Shown piece by piece: positions 37,465 to 47,325 of a stretch of 64,000 bases of DNA (the stretch's first letter is position 1; every line of letters begins with the position of its first letter). The stretch covers positions 1 to 64,000 of the forward strand of contig CAMTVO010000001.1 in assembly GCA_947085205.1 (NCBI GenBank). Reading direction: 5' to 3'. The notes below the pieces were generated by a model. The model worked only from the letters and a program-made list of their open reading frames with translations. It ran no database searches and had not been told where the DNA came from. Source of the stretch: an uncultured Nitrospiraceae bacterium. Lineage in GTDB: Bacteria > Nitrospirota > Thermodesulfovibrionia > Thermodesulfovibrionales > Dissulfurispiraceae. Position numbers and translations under genes: made by a program.

Positions 37465-38978
37465 TTTATTCTGTTCTCTGTCTTCTGGTTTTCTCATGTT
37501 CTTCCACCGACATAAAAAGGGAAATCCAAATTCCCGAGGAGTTCAGGGAAGTAAAGACAGAAAGGCATGCCCCGTCTGAGCCGAAAATCCCTGAGTTTAT
37601 TCCTGTCACCGAAGACATCTCTCCTGTAAAAACGAGGATTGTTGACATAGCGGCGAGGAATACTCCTTTAAGGGATGTGCTTCATGTAATTGCAGAAGCA
37701 ACAGGCCTGAATCTCGTCATCGAAAGGGGAGTTGCGCCTGAGACCCCTGTAACGCTCACTCTTAAGAATATAAGCGCCGAAGATGCACTGAATACAATTT
37801 TCACATCCGTGGATTATTTTTACACAATTAAAGACAATATGTTCATTGTAAAGGCCGTTGATACTAAGATATTCGAGCTCGGACATCCTGCCATAATCCA
37901 GACTTACAGCGTGGATGTCGGAGGAGATATACTCGGTGGCGCAACAGGGGCATTGACCGCAGGCGGAACGGCTATAGGAACTCCAAATATAAAGGGAAAC
38001 GTAACCCAGACGGTGAAAACCGATGCTACGGCATTTAATTTTTGGGATGCAATAGAAAAATCCATTGGAAGCATTCTTGGGCCAACCGCCCCAGCAACTG
38101 CAGGCGGGATGCAGCAGGGTTTTACTGTGAACAGGATGACAGGCACTATAGCAGTGACGGCCTCGAAAAGGAATATCGAGAGGGTCGAACAGTATATAAG
38201 CGCTATCAAGAAGGTAATCAACAGGCAGGTTTTGGTCGAGGCAAAGATTATAGAGGTTCAGTTGTCCGAAGGCCTGAAGTACGGAGTTGACTGGAGTTTC
38301 GTAAACCGGACATTGGGTAGCGGACAGCTTAACATTGCTTCGACGGGATTTTCCGGAGCCGTGCCTTTGGCGGGCCCTGCCGTCAGTATGGGCGTTACAA
38401 GGGGAGCAAGCTTCAGCTCGCTTTTAAAGGCTATTCAGCAGCAGGGGGAGGTGAGGACCCTATCGAATCCGAGAGTGAATATCATGAACGGTCAGACCGC
38501 TCTTTTAAGTGTCGGCAGGAACGTCAGTTTTATTTCAAAGGTCGAGACAACAACCACCACTGCGGCAGGCACTGCGCCGGTAACTACATTTACGGTGCAG
38601 ACGAGCAACATACTTTCCGGAATTATTATCGGAATAGTGCCTTACATAAACGAAAACGGCGACATATCGCTGACAATAACTCCGATAATATCGGACCTCA
38701 TCAGGCTTGAAGACAGGACTATCGGAAGCGGGACCAATCAGGCGCAGATTTCCCTTCCGACAGTAGACCTGAAAGAGCTCAGCACTACGGTGAAGGTAAG
38801 GGACGGTCAAATGGTGATAATCGGCGGTTTGATATCAAAGAAAGAAGGCCTTCAGGACTATAAGGTTCCGGGACTGGGAGCTGTGCCTGTAGTAGGAGAA
38901 TTGTTTAAGAGCCGGGACAGGACAGAAACAAGGTCAGAGCTGGTTGTTGTCTTGCAGCCGGTGCTGGTCTCAAGATAG
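37443..38978 (+). CDS. mshL: MshL-type secretin (lipoprotein)
   Basis: FSC lipobox, STN domain, RQVLVEAKIIEV, LSNPRV, VIIGGLI, VPGLGAVP. Confidence 0.8.
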   Translation: MDKGGFVIYSVLCLLVFSCSSTDIKREIQIPEEFREVKTERHAPSEPKIPEFIPVTEDISPVKTRIVDIAARNTPLRDVLHVIAEATGLNLVIERGVAPETPVTLTLKNISAEDALNTIFTSVDYFYTIKDNMFIVKAVDTKIFELGHPAIIQTYSVDVGGDILGGATGALTAGGTAIGTPNIKGNVTQTVKTDATAFNFWDAIEKSIGSILGPTAPATAGGMQQGFTVNRMTGTIAVTASKRNIERVEQYISAIKKVINRQVLVEAKIIEVQLSEGLKYGVDWSFVNRTLGSGQLNIASTGFSGAVPLAGPAVSMGVTRGASFSSLLKAIQQQGEVRTLSNPRVNIMNGQTALLSVGRNVSFISKVETTTTTAAGTAPVTTFTVQTSNILSGIIIGIVPYINENGDISLTITPIISDLIRLEDRTIGSGTNQAQISLPTVDLKELSTTVKVRDGQMVIIGGLISKKEGLQDYKVPGLGAVPVVGELFKSRDRTETRSELVVVLQPVLVSR

Positions 38979-38981
38979 TTC

Positions 38982-40628
38982 ATGGCGACAATAAGGATCG
39001 GCGATTTACTAAAGGCAAGAGGGCTTATTAACGACAGACAACTGCATGTCGCCTTAGTCCAGCAGCAAGTAACGGGAGACCTTTTAGGCGATACGCTTGT
39101 AAAGCTGGGGTTCGTATCGTCAAAGGAGCTCGGACAGATACTTGCAAAGCAGTCGGGCATAAAATATATAGACCTTGCCGAGCATGTCATTTCCGAGGAT
39201 GCGCTGAGGGTTGTGCCTAAGGATATTGCGGAAAAGACCGGATTCATCCCCATAGAAATGGAAGACGGCAGGCTGAGCATAGGAATAACAAACCCGAGCA
39301 ATATATTAGCCGTCGATACTGCTTCAAGGATTACCAAAAGCCAGCCTAATGTTTATATGGTCGATGCGGACAGTTTCAGAGACGCTGTTGAGAAGGCGTA
39401 TTTCTTTTTAGAAAATCCCATACAACACCGGATTGAAGAAATAATAAGAGAGATAAAGGCAACTGAGACGACCACAGGCGCTGTCGTAACAAATCTCACG
39501 AACCTGATTATTATGGATGGTATCAGAAGGAATGCCACAGACATTCATATCAATCCCACGGCGGATATTGTCAATATTTTTTACAGGATAGACGGAGTGC
39601 TTCAGCACGGGCACGGCCTTCCAAAGGCAGCGCACAACGGCATTGTGTCAAGGATTAAGATATTATCCCAGCTCGATATAGCTGAGCAAAGGCTGCCGCA
39701 GGACGGTTCATTTACATTCACATTTCTCAATAAGGCTTACGACATCCGCGTATCTGCAGTCCCCACAATATACGGAGAAAATATCGTGATGAGGGTGCTT
39801 GTCGGCGCTGGTCAGCTTTTGAGAATCGAAAGACTCGGATTCGATGAAGAGAACACAAAAAAAATAAAGACATTGTTCCATAAGCCTTTCGGCATAATCC
39901 TGATTACAGGCCCTACCGGAAGCGGTAAGACTACTACGCTATATGCGGCATTAAGGGAGATAGACCTCCTCGAAAGGAATGTCCTTACTGTCGAAGACCC
40001 TGTTGAATACAAGCTGAGCCTGATAAAACAGACTCAGGTCAATGAAAAGGTCGGCTACGACTTTGCGCTTGCAGGAAGGAATTTTATGAGGCAGGACCCC
40101 GATGTGATGCTCCTTGGAGAGATAAGGGATGAGGAGACGGCAAAGATAGCCATCAGGGCATCCATAACAGGACACCTCGTCCTTTCGACCCTCCATACAA
40201 ATGATGCAGTAACTGCAATACCAAGGCTTATAGACCTGAAAGTGGACAGGTTTCTCATGTCATCATCGCTTCTTGCCATAATGGCGCAGAGGCTTGTAAG
40301 GAAGATATGCGGCTATTGCAAGGCAGAGTATGCTCTCGATGACTATGAAGTCGCTGTGTTTAAGGAGCATGGATTCTCCTTGAACAGTGCATACAAAGGC
40401 AAAGGCTGCCCCAAGTGCAGCGGCACAGGATATTCGGGAAGGACGGTTATAGGAGAGATAATGATTGTCGACGACGAGATAAGGGAACTGATATATTCCG
40501 GCGCCTCTGTTACAACGCTAAAGGCTGCTGCTGTCAAAAAAGGAATGGTTCTTTTAAAACAGGATGCGGTCGGCAAGGCCGCTGAAGGAATAACAACGCT
40601 GAATGAAGTCTTAAGAGTGGCAGGATGA
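38982..40628 (+). CDS. GspE/PilB/MshE assembly ATPase with N-terminal MshEN motif
   Basis: GPTGSGKTTTLY, TVEDPVEY, RQDPD, TGHLVLSTLHTN, Zn-binding CxxC pairs. Confidence 0.95.
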   Translation: MATIRIGDLLKARGLINDRQLHVALVQQQVTGDLLGDTLVKLGFVSSKELGQILAKQSGIKYIDLAEHVISEDALRVVPKDIAEKTGFIPIEMEDGRLSIGITNPSNILAVDTASRITKSQPNVYMVDADSFRDAVEKAYFFLENPIQHRIEEIIREIKATETTTGAVVTNLTNLIIMDGIRRNATDIHINPTADIVNIFYRIDGVLQHGHGLPKAAHNGIVSRIKILSQLDIAEQRLPQDGSFTFTFLNKAYDIRVSAVPTIYGENIVMRVLVGAGQLLRIERLGFDEENTKKIKTLFHKPFGIILITGPTGSGKTTTLYAALREIDLLERNVLTVEDPVEYKLSLIKQTQVNEKVGYDFALAGRNFMRQDPDVMLLGEIRDEETAKIAIRASITGHLVLSTLHTNDAVTAIPRLIDLKVDRFLMSSSLLAIMAQRLVRKICGYCKAEYALDDYEVAVFKEHGFSLNSAYKGKGCPKCSGTGYSGRTVIGEIMIVDDEIRELIYSGASVTTLKAAAVKKGMVLLKQDAVGKAAEGITTLNEVLRVAG

Positions 40629-41845
40629 ACTATTACTCCTATAAGGCTATAGACACAGAAGGCATAATGGTAAAAGGCATTGAAGAGGGAGAGGATATAT
40701 CCTCTGTCTACGGAGACCTCTCATCAAAAGGGCTTTATATACTGAGCGTAAGAAAGGCAAACACCGCTATTGCAAACCTTAAAAAGGGATTTATGGCGCG
40801 TAAAATAAAAAGGATGGATGTCATAGAGTTTGCCAATAGCCTTTCTGTCATGCTCAGGGCCGGCGTTCCGCTTCTCACTGCACTTGGAGATATAACTATT
40901 ACAGCAGAGAATAAATACCTTAAAACCATTATAGCTGATATAAAGCGCCGGACAGAGATGGGGAGAAGGTTTTCGGATGCAGTTGATTTTTATAGAGACA
41001 TCTTCCCCGATGTCTTCGTAAGGCTGGTAAAGGTCGGAGAAGAGACAGGCGGCCTCGAAAAGAGCCTGTCGGATGTAGCCGCCCATCTGCAAAAAATGGA
41101 GGACCTCGCTTCTGCAATAAAACGGGCTCTTATCTATCCTGCCTTTGCCATTGTTACAACAATGGGCGCCATGATTTTCTGGCTTGCATATGTCCTGCCC
41201 AAGATTATGGTCACATTAAAGGAGATGGGAGTAAAACTCCCGCTTATAACGAGGATACTCCTGCATGTCAGCGATTTTACACAGTCATACTGGTACTTAA
41301 TCCCCCTTCTGCCTGTGGCCGGTTTTTTGGTTGTGCAGGCATTAAAACAGAAGGAGATTACAAGATATTATGTGGACATCCTGAAGATTAAGCTTCCCAT
41401 AATGAAGCTTGTTGTTTATAACAAGCTCCTTGCCCTTTTTTCCGAGCAATTGAGGATATTGATAGTGGCCGGACTCACTATAGACAGGTCATTCGATATA
41501 ATTGCGGATGTGATGGACAACGAGGTCTTCAAGAGGGCGATTATTGCATCAAAAGAAAGCATATCGTCGGGAAGCAGGATATCGGACGCATTAAGAGAAC
41601 ACAAGGTATTCCCTCCGCTGGTCGTAAGAATGGTGGATATAGGAGAGACGAGCGGCAATTTAGACGAGCAGTTCGCCTTTCTGTCGGAACATTATCTGAA
41701 AAAATTAGACGACATATCCGAGAAGATGGGAAAGATGATAGAGCCTATAGTTATTGCGGTCGTAGGAGTCCTTTTTGCGGTGATTATTATAGGTCTTATG
41801 TTCCCGCTTTACGACCTTATTTCACAGTTCGGGAAGGCGAGATGA
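40625..41845 (+). CDS. GspF/PilC platform protein
   Basis: Two T2SSF repeats (VGEETG, IGETSGNLD), three TMs. Confidence 0.93.
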   Translation: MNYYSYKAIDTEGIMVKGIEEGEDISSVYGDLSSKGLYILSVRKANTAIANLKKGFMARKIKRMDVIEFANSLSVMLRAGVPLLTALGDITITAENKYLKTIIADIKRRTEMGRRFSDAVDFYRDIFPDVFVRLVKVGEETGGLEKSLSDVAAHLQKMEDLASAIKRALIYPAFAIVTTMGAMIFWLAYVLPKIMVTLKEMGVKLPLITRILLHVSDFTQSYWYLIPLLPVAGFLVVQALKQKEITRYYVDILKIKLPIMKLVVYNKLLALFSEQLRILIVAGLTIDRSFDIIADVMDNEVFKRAIIASKESISSGSRISDALREHKVFPPLVVRMVDIGETSGNLDEQFAFLSEHYLKKLDDISEKMGKMIEPIVIAVVGVLFAVIIIGLMFPLYDLISQFGKAR

Positions 41846-43134
41846 TGGATTACCTGGAATTTTTCGATTTAAAAGACGACCCCTTCAGACTGACGCCCGA
41901 CCCGTATTATTTTTATCCGTCGGAGAGTCATAACGAGGCATTGTCGTCTTTTAATTATATCGTTGAGCAGAAAGAGGGTTTTTTCCTCTGCATCGGAGAG
42001 CCGGGCACAGGCAAGACCACGTTGCTGAACACATTTCTTAATACAGAAAAATGGAAGGACAGGGCAGGCATGGCGCTTGTGCTGACGCCGAGACTTTCGC
42101 CGGAAGAATTCCTGCTTACTGTGCTCGAAGACCTGAATGTAAAGGTTAAGAACACGAATAAGAACGAGATTATCAAGGCATTCAGGGATTTCCTTATAGA
42201 AAACTCGATGTTAGGAAGAAGGATTATTATTATCGTCGACGAAGCGCAGAATCTGCCAGACGAGACCATCGAGGAATTGAGACTTTTGTCGAATCTCGAG
42301 ACAGAAAAGGAAAAACTGCTCCAGATAGTCCTGATAGGACAGCCTGAATTAAGGAAGAGGCTGCTTTCGGAGAATTTAAAGCAGTTGAACCAGAGGGTAA
42401 CAGTAAGGGCTACATTGAGGCCTTTAACCGAGTATGAGACATCGGACTATATCAATTTCAGACTGGTAAAGGCGGGAAAGGGCAATGTCATGTTCGATGA
42501 AAAGACAAAGAAGCTTATATACAAGCTCTCGAGAGGCATTCCGAGACTTATTAATCTTGTATCCTCAAGGGCGATGATGGCTGCATATCTTGACCTGAGC
42601 AGGAGCGTCAAAAAAAGGCATGTAATGTACGCTGTAAAACATATTTCGGACAGCCTGATAAAAACAACAAGGCGCTTAATGACATTTTCCCGCGCAGCGA
42701 TCTATTTTATGCTTATTGCTGTCGTTGTTGCAGCGCTTACCATAACAAAAGACATTTTTGTGAAGACAATTTACGCTCCGGAGCATAAGAATCAGACTTC
42801 CCGAATTCCTGTAATCATAAATAAGGAAAGCCAAAATGCCGCTGTTGTCCGGCCCGAAAGCATAGCCCCTGAAAGCATAGCAATAGAACAGAAAAGTCCC
42901 AAGCAGGATACAAGGAGGACGGTAACGGTTATTGCAGGCGTTGTTAATTTGAGGGCAAAGCCTTCTTTGGACGCCGAGACTGTCGGAAAGGCGCAAAAAG
43001 ATGCAGTCCTTGAAATAATCGACGAGTTTACCGATACAGCAGGCAGAAAGTGGTATAAGGTAAAGACATCAGGCGGAAGGGAATGCTGGGTTGCAGGAAA
43101 GGTGGTAAGGGTTAATAATGGAGTAATGGAGTGA
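41842..43134 (+). CDS. ExeA/MshM-family AAA ATPase with C-terminal SH3b-like domain
   Basis: PFRLTPDP, GEPGTGKT, DEAQNL, LIGQPEL, GIPRLIN; VNLRAKPS..WYKV. Confidence 0.88.
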   Translation: MMDYLEFFDLKDDPFRLTPDPYYFYPSESHNEALSSFNYIVEQKEGFFLCIGEPGTGKTTLLNTFLNTEKWKDRAGMALVLTPRLSPEEFLLTVLEDLNVKVKNTNKNEIIKAFRDFLIENSMLGRRIIIIVDEAQNLPDETIEELRLLSNLETEKEKLLQIVLIGQPELRKRLLSENLKQLNQRVTVRATLRPLTEYETSDYINFRLVKAGKGNVMFDEKTKKLIYKLSRGIPRLINLVSSRAMMAAYLDLSRSVKKRHVMYAVKHISDSLIKTTRRLMTFSRAAIYFMLIAVVVAALTITKDIFVKTIYAPEHKNQTSRIPVIINKESQNAAVVRPESIAPESIAIEQKSPKQDTRRTVTVIAGVVNLRAKPSLDAETVGKAQKDAVLEIIDEFTDTAGRKWYKVKTSGGRECWVAGKVVRVNNGVME

Positions 43135-43146
43135 TGGAACGTTGGG

Positions 43147-44346
43147 TTAGTGTCCTAACTGCAGCAGCCTGTCGTTTGCAAGCTTTTTGATCTTGGGGTC
43201 GATGTTATTCATTGATAATATCTCTTTATAAATCCTCGCCGCATCGGAAATCATGCCCTGCTTTTCCCATATTCTTGCAATACCGAGATAGCCTTGAATA
43301 TTACCAATTTCCGAGAGCTTGTAAAAATAGCCGTAAGCCCTTTCATTGTCGCCCCGCTTTTCATATAAAATGCCGATATTTAAGAGGGCATAGCTGTTCG
43401 AAGGCTCAAGCGACAGAGCCTTTGAGAGATGCATCTCTCCTTCTGTTGGATTGTTGAGCCGTATATGCGCTATTCCTAAATTAATAAGGGAAGGCGTATA
43501 ATCCTTTCTTGTGTTCAGCGCGCTTCCGGCATATTTTATAGCCTCTTCCATAGAGCCGAGATGGATAAGCACGCTCGCTATGTTGTTCATTATGATGAAG
43601 TTATCGGGCTCTATCTCCAATGCCTTTTTATAATTAAGAAGCGCCTGATGATAATCCTTTCTGGACTCGTATGTCCTTGCAGTGTAGAGATACACGTCCT
43701 TTTGCGGACTGTGTGTTTTCGGTCCCGGCTTTTGTTCTGCAACTGCCGGTTTCTGAATTTCCTTTGGGTCATCTTTAGTTTTGGCTTTAGGCATGGCTTC
43801 AGCCTTGCCTGTCAGTTTTTGTTTTTCCGAAGTCTTCTTTTCCTCAATAGTCTCCTCTTTAGCCTCATTTTGCGGCTCCATCTTTTTAGCAAGCTTGGGT
43901 TTAACGGCCTTCGGTTTTAGAACAGCATCGGTTTTGGCATCTGCCCCGGTTTTGGGCTTTGGAGGTTCAGACGTTTCTGAACTCTGAACTCTCGACTCTT
44001 GCCTCTCGGCCGTTATCTCCTGATCAACTGCTAACTGCTGAATATTTTTATCTGTTTTCTGTTCTCTGTCTTCTGTTTTTTGACTGTCATCCTGAGCTTG
44101 TCGAAGGGCTGTTTTTATTGCAGACGGCTTTATGGAGAGTTCTATAAGATAAACGCCTCCGATTCCGGATATGATTGCAAAGAGGATTAAGACTGAGAAT
44201 ATGATAATCCTTTTTTTGACCGCTTCCTTTTCTGCGGAGTTGGATACGACCCTTTTTAAATCAGGGGGGACGTCTGTTTTGTGCCCTTCCATGCCTGATG
44301 CGGATTTATACTTTACCTTCGATAATAAATCCGCAAGGAGACTCAC
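43147..44346 (-). CDS. MshN-like TPR protein
   Basis: MSLLADLLSK N-terminus, TM, low-complexity linker, C-terminal TPRs. Confidence 0.7.
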   Translation of the reverse strand: MSLLADLLSKVKYKSASGMEGHKTDVPPDLKRVVSNSAEKEAVKKRIIIFSVLILFAIISGIGGVYLIELSIKPSAIKTALRQAQDDSQKTEDREQKTDKNIQQLAVDQEITAERQESRVQSSETSEPPKPKTGADAKTDAVLKPKAVKPKLAKKMEPQNEAKEETIEEKKTSEKQKLTGKAEAMPKAKTKDDPKEIQKPAVAEQKPGPKTHSPQKDVYLYTARTYESRKDYHQALLNYKKALEIEPDNFIIMNNIASVLIHLGSMEEAIKYAGSALNTRKDYTPSLINLGIAHIRLNNPTEGEMHLSKALSLEPSNSYALLNIGILYEKRGDNERAYGYFYKLSEIGNIQGYLGIARIWEKQGMISDAARIYKEILSMNNIDPKIKKLANDRLLQLGH

Positions 44347-44960
44347 TGCGCCTCCATCTTTAGCTCAAGGGACTGTCCCAGAATTACGGGCGGAGCCGTA
44401 GATTCGGGACTGTCCCTCTCACTTGTTGAGTTCACTTGTTTTTCTCTCACGCTGAAATAAAGTTCGGAGTTAGGAGTTTTGAGTTCGGAGTTTTGAGTTG
44501 GTATGCCGCTCTGTTTTTTGTCCTCTGACTTCAGCCTATTGAATATCTTCCACGAGTACCTTACCTTTTTGGGTTCGCTTACTGCATTGTAGCAGCCCAC
44601 CGCCTCCCATGTATATCCATATCGGTCAATGCACTGTTTTAATATCTTTGCCCCAATCATTGTGTTATAGCATGGATTTGAGATAAGTTTTTCGGCGTCC
44701 AATTTAAGGGGTTTCAGCCAGAATGAATTTATCTGCATAAGTCCGATGTCTATAGAGCCATTTTGGTTCTTATTCATAGCCTTTGGATTGAGGCTTGACT
44801 CGATCTGGGCAATGCTCTTGAGAAGGGATGGATTTATACCGTAGGTTTTGCCTGCCTCTTCAAAGCAGAAGGCATTCGCATCAGTAAGCAGTAAGCAGTA
44901 AGCAGTAAGCAGAATGAAACAAACAAGCTGAAAGCCTTTCTTTGAACTTTGAACTTCCAT
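44343..44960 (-). CDS. Lytic transglycosylase (SLT, IagB-like)
   Basis: CFEEAGKTY, IAQIESS, DIGLMQINS, AVGCYNA. Confidence 0.9.
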   Translation of the reverse strand: MEVQSSKKGFQLVCFILLTAYCLLLTDANAFCFEEAGKTYGINPSLLKSIAQIESSLNPKAMNKNQNGSIDIGLMQINSFWLKPLKLDAEKLISNPCYNTMIGAKILKQCIDRYGYTWEAVGCYNAVSEPKKVRYSWKIFNRLKSEDKKQSGIPTQNSELKTPNSELYFSVREKQVNSTSERDSPESTAPPVILGQSLELKMEAQ

Positions 44961-45048
44961 GCATAAGTATAATGATAAAATTGTTGACAAATCAAGAAAT
45001 AGTGGTTAATATTTAAAAGCTTTAATAAGCTTTTCAGGAGAGACATCA

Positions 45049-45579
45049 ATGCCTATGCTGTTGGACAAAAGGATATTTACATACGAAGACATAGATTCCC
45101 TGCCGGAAGGCAACTACGAAATCATAGACGGCGAGAGGCGTGATATGACACCAACAATGTTTAGACATGGCAAGTTTGAAGGAATTTTTTACGAACTGTT
45201 ACGAAAACATTTAAAAGATAAGGGCTATATTGCAGTTGGAGAAGTGGGCATTGTAATCTCCAGAAATCCTTTCAGGCTCAGGGCAGCGGATGTTGTTTAT
45301 ATCAGCAGAGAGGCATCTCCGGTTGAGCCTGTCGGCATGCTTGAAATCCCGCCTGATTTAATAATAGAGATAATCTCAGAGGACAATACAGCGAACTACA
45401 TAAATGATAAAGTTAAAGATTACCTGTCAATAGGTGTAAAAAGGACTGTACTCATTGACCCTTATACAGAGACTATTACCGTTTTTAAGCATGGCAAGAA
45501 AGAAGCAGGTTATTACAACTTTGATGAAGAGTTTGAGCTGATAGATGGGGTTTTGGTAAAACTGAAAGAAATCTTATGA
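45049..45579 (+). CDS. Uma2-family (PD-D/ExK) endonuclease-like protein
   Basis: YEIIDG, ADVVYIS, PPDLIIEIIS, KVKDYLSIGV. Confidence 0.88.
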   Translation: MPMLLDKRIFTYEDIDSLPEGNYEIIDGERRDMTPTMFRHGKFEGIFYELLRKHLKDKGYIAVGEVGIVISRNPFRLRAADVVYISREASPVEPVGMLEIPPDLIIEIISEDNTANYINDKVKDYLSIGVKRTVLIDPYTETITVFKHGKKEAGYYNFDEEFELIDGVLVKLKEIL

Positions 45580-45752
45580 CAAAGGCCAGTCAGGAACTTG
45601 CCACAAAGTATGACATTGAGCTTGTGAGAAAAGAGATAGACCTTGTGAGAAAGGACATGAAGATAATGACTATAATTTTAATAGCTGTTATAATATTGTT
45701 AAACCAGAGCGCCCTTGAATTCATAGCAAGGATTCTGGGATTATTGAAATAG
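45576..45752 (+). CDS. 58-aa coiled-coil plus TM protein (LATKxD type; possibly a C-terminal remnant)
   Basis: MTKASQELATKYDIELVRKEIDLVRKDMKIMTIILIAVIILLNQSALEFIARILGLLK; ATGA overlap with the uma2 stop; not in the ORF track. Confidence 0.55.
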   Translation: MTKASQELATKYDIELVRKEIDLVRKDMKIMTIILIAVIILLNQSALEFIARILGLLK

Positions 45753-45784
45753 GAGGTGATACCAAGGGGAACTAAGGTTTAAAA

Positions 45785-45862
45785 AGGGAAGCGTTAAACC
45801 ATAATCTGCCTATATGGGCGCCATGGTGGTTATGGTGATGCTGAGTGGCGCAACCGGCCTCT
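45785..45862 (+). ncRNA. Candidate c-di-GMP-II riboswitch
   Basis: GGAA start, CCATAAT/GTTATGG stem, TGGGCGCC loop complementary to GGCGC in GTGGCGCAACC (pseudoknot); in the 5' UTR of a pilin. Confidence 0.75.
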
Positions 45863-45887
45863 AAAAATTAAAATCTGGAGGTCAAAG

Positions 45888-46517
45888 ATGAAAGAAGTAA
45901 GCAGTAAAATCAAAAACCTATTCACGCATCACGCATCACGGTTCACGGATTCAAAGGGTTTCACTCTCATTGAAATTGCGATAGTGCTGGTTATTATCGG
46001 TATCATCATCGGCGCTGTATTGAAAGGTCAGGACATGATTGAGAATGCAAGACATAAGAAGTTCACTACCAATGTGAAACAGTTTGAGACACTCGCATGG
46101 GGATTTTTGGACAGGAAGGGATATTTCCCTGGAGATACTAATAAGGATGGAAAAATTGAGGATGACCCAAAGACTGATATAACAACTAAAGGAAGATTTC
46201 TTGACCCTCCTACGAGCAACTCAATCACCCTCGGCTCATATACATTTTATATATGGCTTGGCAATGATGGAACAAAAAATATTATAGCAGTAACCAATCA
46301 CGATACTACTCCCGCTGGATTTTCCGACCCAGAGCTTGGTCATATGGAGGCATTTGATACCTCTATTGACGGAACAGCGGATGGGAATGCGGGCAGAGTA
46401 AAGGCTGCAACAGCTCTTACTGTTAACAGCGCTAAATGGCTTGGAACAGGGCCTACTATTACAGGCGACTGGACATCTGCAACAAAAGCATTGATTTATT
46501 ATTTTGACAAAAAGTGA
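45888..46517 (+). CDS. Type IV pilin 1
   Basis: Prepilin site G/FTLIE, hydrophobic helix, LKGQDMIENAR. Confidence 0.92.
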   Translation: MKEVSSKIKNLFTHHASRFTDSKGFTLIEIAIVLVIIGIIIGAVLKGQDMIENARHKKFTTNVKQFETLAWGFLDRKGYFPGDTNKDGKIEDDPKTDITTKGRFLDPPTSNSITLGSYTFYIWLGNDGTKNIIAVTNHDTTPAGFSDPELGHMEAFDTSIDGTADGNAGRVKAATALTVNSAKWLGTGPTITGDWTSATKALIYYFDKK

Positions 46518-46584
46518 TTAGGGAAAACAGTGAGTTCGATAAACCATAAGAAATAGAAAAACCTAACAACGAAGGAGGTCTAAG

Positions 46585-47214
46585 ATGAAAAACGCACAGA
46601 CCAGAAAAGATTCATGGTTCAGGGGGCAAGCCGGTTTTACCCTCATCGAACTGGCAATAGTGCTTGTGATAATCGGAATCATCATCGGGGCAGTGCTTAA
46701 GGGGCAGGATTTGGTCGAGAACGCAAGGCACAAGAGGCTTGCTTCGGAGATTAAACAGTGGGAAACCCTCATATGGACATATTTAGACAGGGAAAAGAGG
46801 TTTCCGGGAGACGGTGATAGAGATGGAACCATTGGAAATGGAGTCACTGAAAACCCCAAAGCTGACTTCGCAGCCGCAGATTTTGCTACCATACCTTCTA
46901 GCGATCCCATTATTATGGGTTCTTTAACCTTTTATATCTACTTCGGCAATGCCGGCTCAAAGAAAAATGCAATTATCGTTTGCCGTGATGCAAATTGTAC
47001 CACCGGATTTGTAGATGTTGAAGAACTTAATTATGCAAAATCCTTTGACGGTGTGATTGATGAGGTTGTGAGCGGAACAGCCGGCAGGGTTCAGGGATTT
47101 CTCGGCGCAACTGCAGATTCAGCCAAATGGAAGGCAACATTAACGGCTGCCAGCACTACGGCTTATACATCTGCTATGAAGGCTTTCGCTTACTTCTTTG
47201 ACAGAAAGCTATAG
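46585..47214 (+). CDS. Type IV pilin 2 (paralog)
   Basis: G/FTLIELAIV, LKGQDLVENAR; same length as pilin 1. Confidence 0.92.
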   Translation: MKNAQTRKDSWFRGQAGFTLIELAIVLVIIGIIIGAVLKGQDLVENARHKRLASEIKQWETLIWTYLDREKRFPGDGDRDGTIGNGVTENPKADFAAADFATIPSSDPIIMGSLTFYIYFGNAGSKKNAIIVCRDANCTTGFVDVEELNYAKSFDGVIDEVVSGTAGRVQGFLGATADSAKWKATLTAASTTAYTSAMKAFAYFFDRKL

Positions 47215-47260
47215 CAATCAAGTGAGCAGTAAGCAGTGAGCAGTGAACAGAGAGCAGAGA

Positions 47261-47292
47261 AGGGAGGCAGCCGCCTCCCTTTTTTTGTTTTT
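47261..47292 (+). terminator. Intrinsic terminator after the pilin pair
   Basis: AGGGAGGC-agcc-GCCTCCCT followed by TTTTTTG. Confidence 0.85.
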
Positions 47293-47325
47293 GACAAGCC
47301 CTTCTGGTTTTGATATGCTATTAAC

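Noticed and set aside
35081..43134. Type II secretion system rather than pilus
   Set aside because: MshL-type lipoprotein secretin, MshK/M/N-like genes and full-size pilins favour an MSHA-like pilus. This is not proven, and no PilT is in the window.
46520..46550. GGGAA..TAAACCATAA resembling the start of the riboswitch before pilin 2
   Set aside because: The pseudoknot and 3' half are missing; the match is too short to support.
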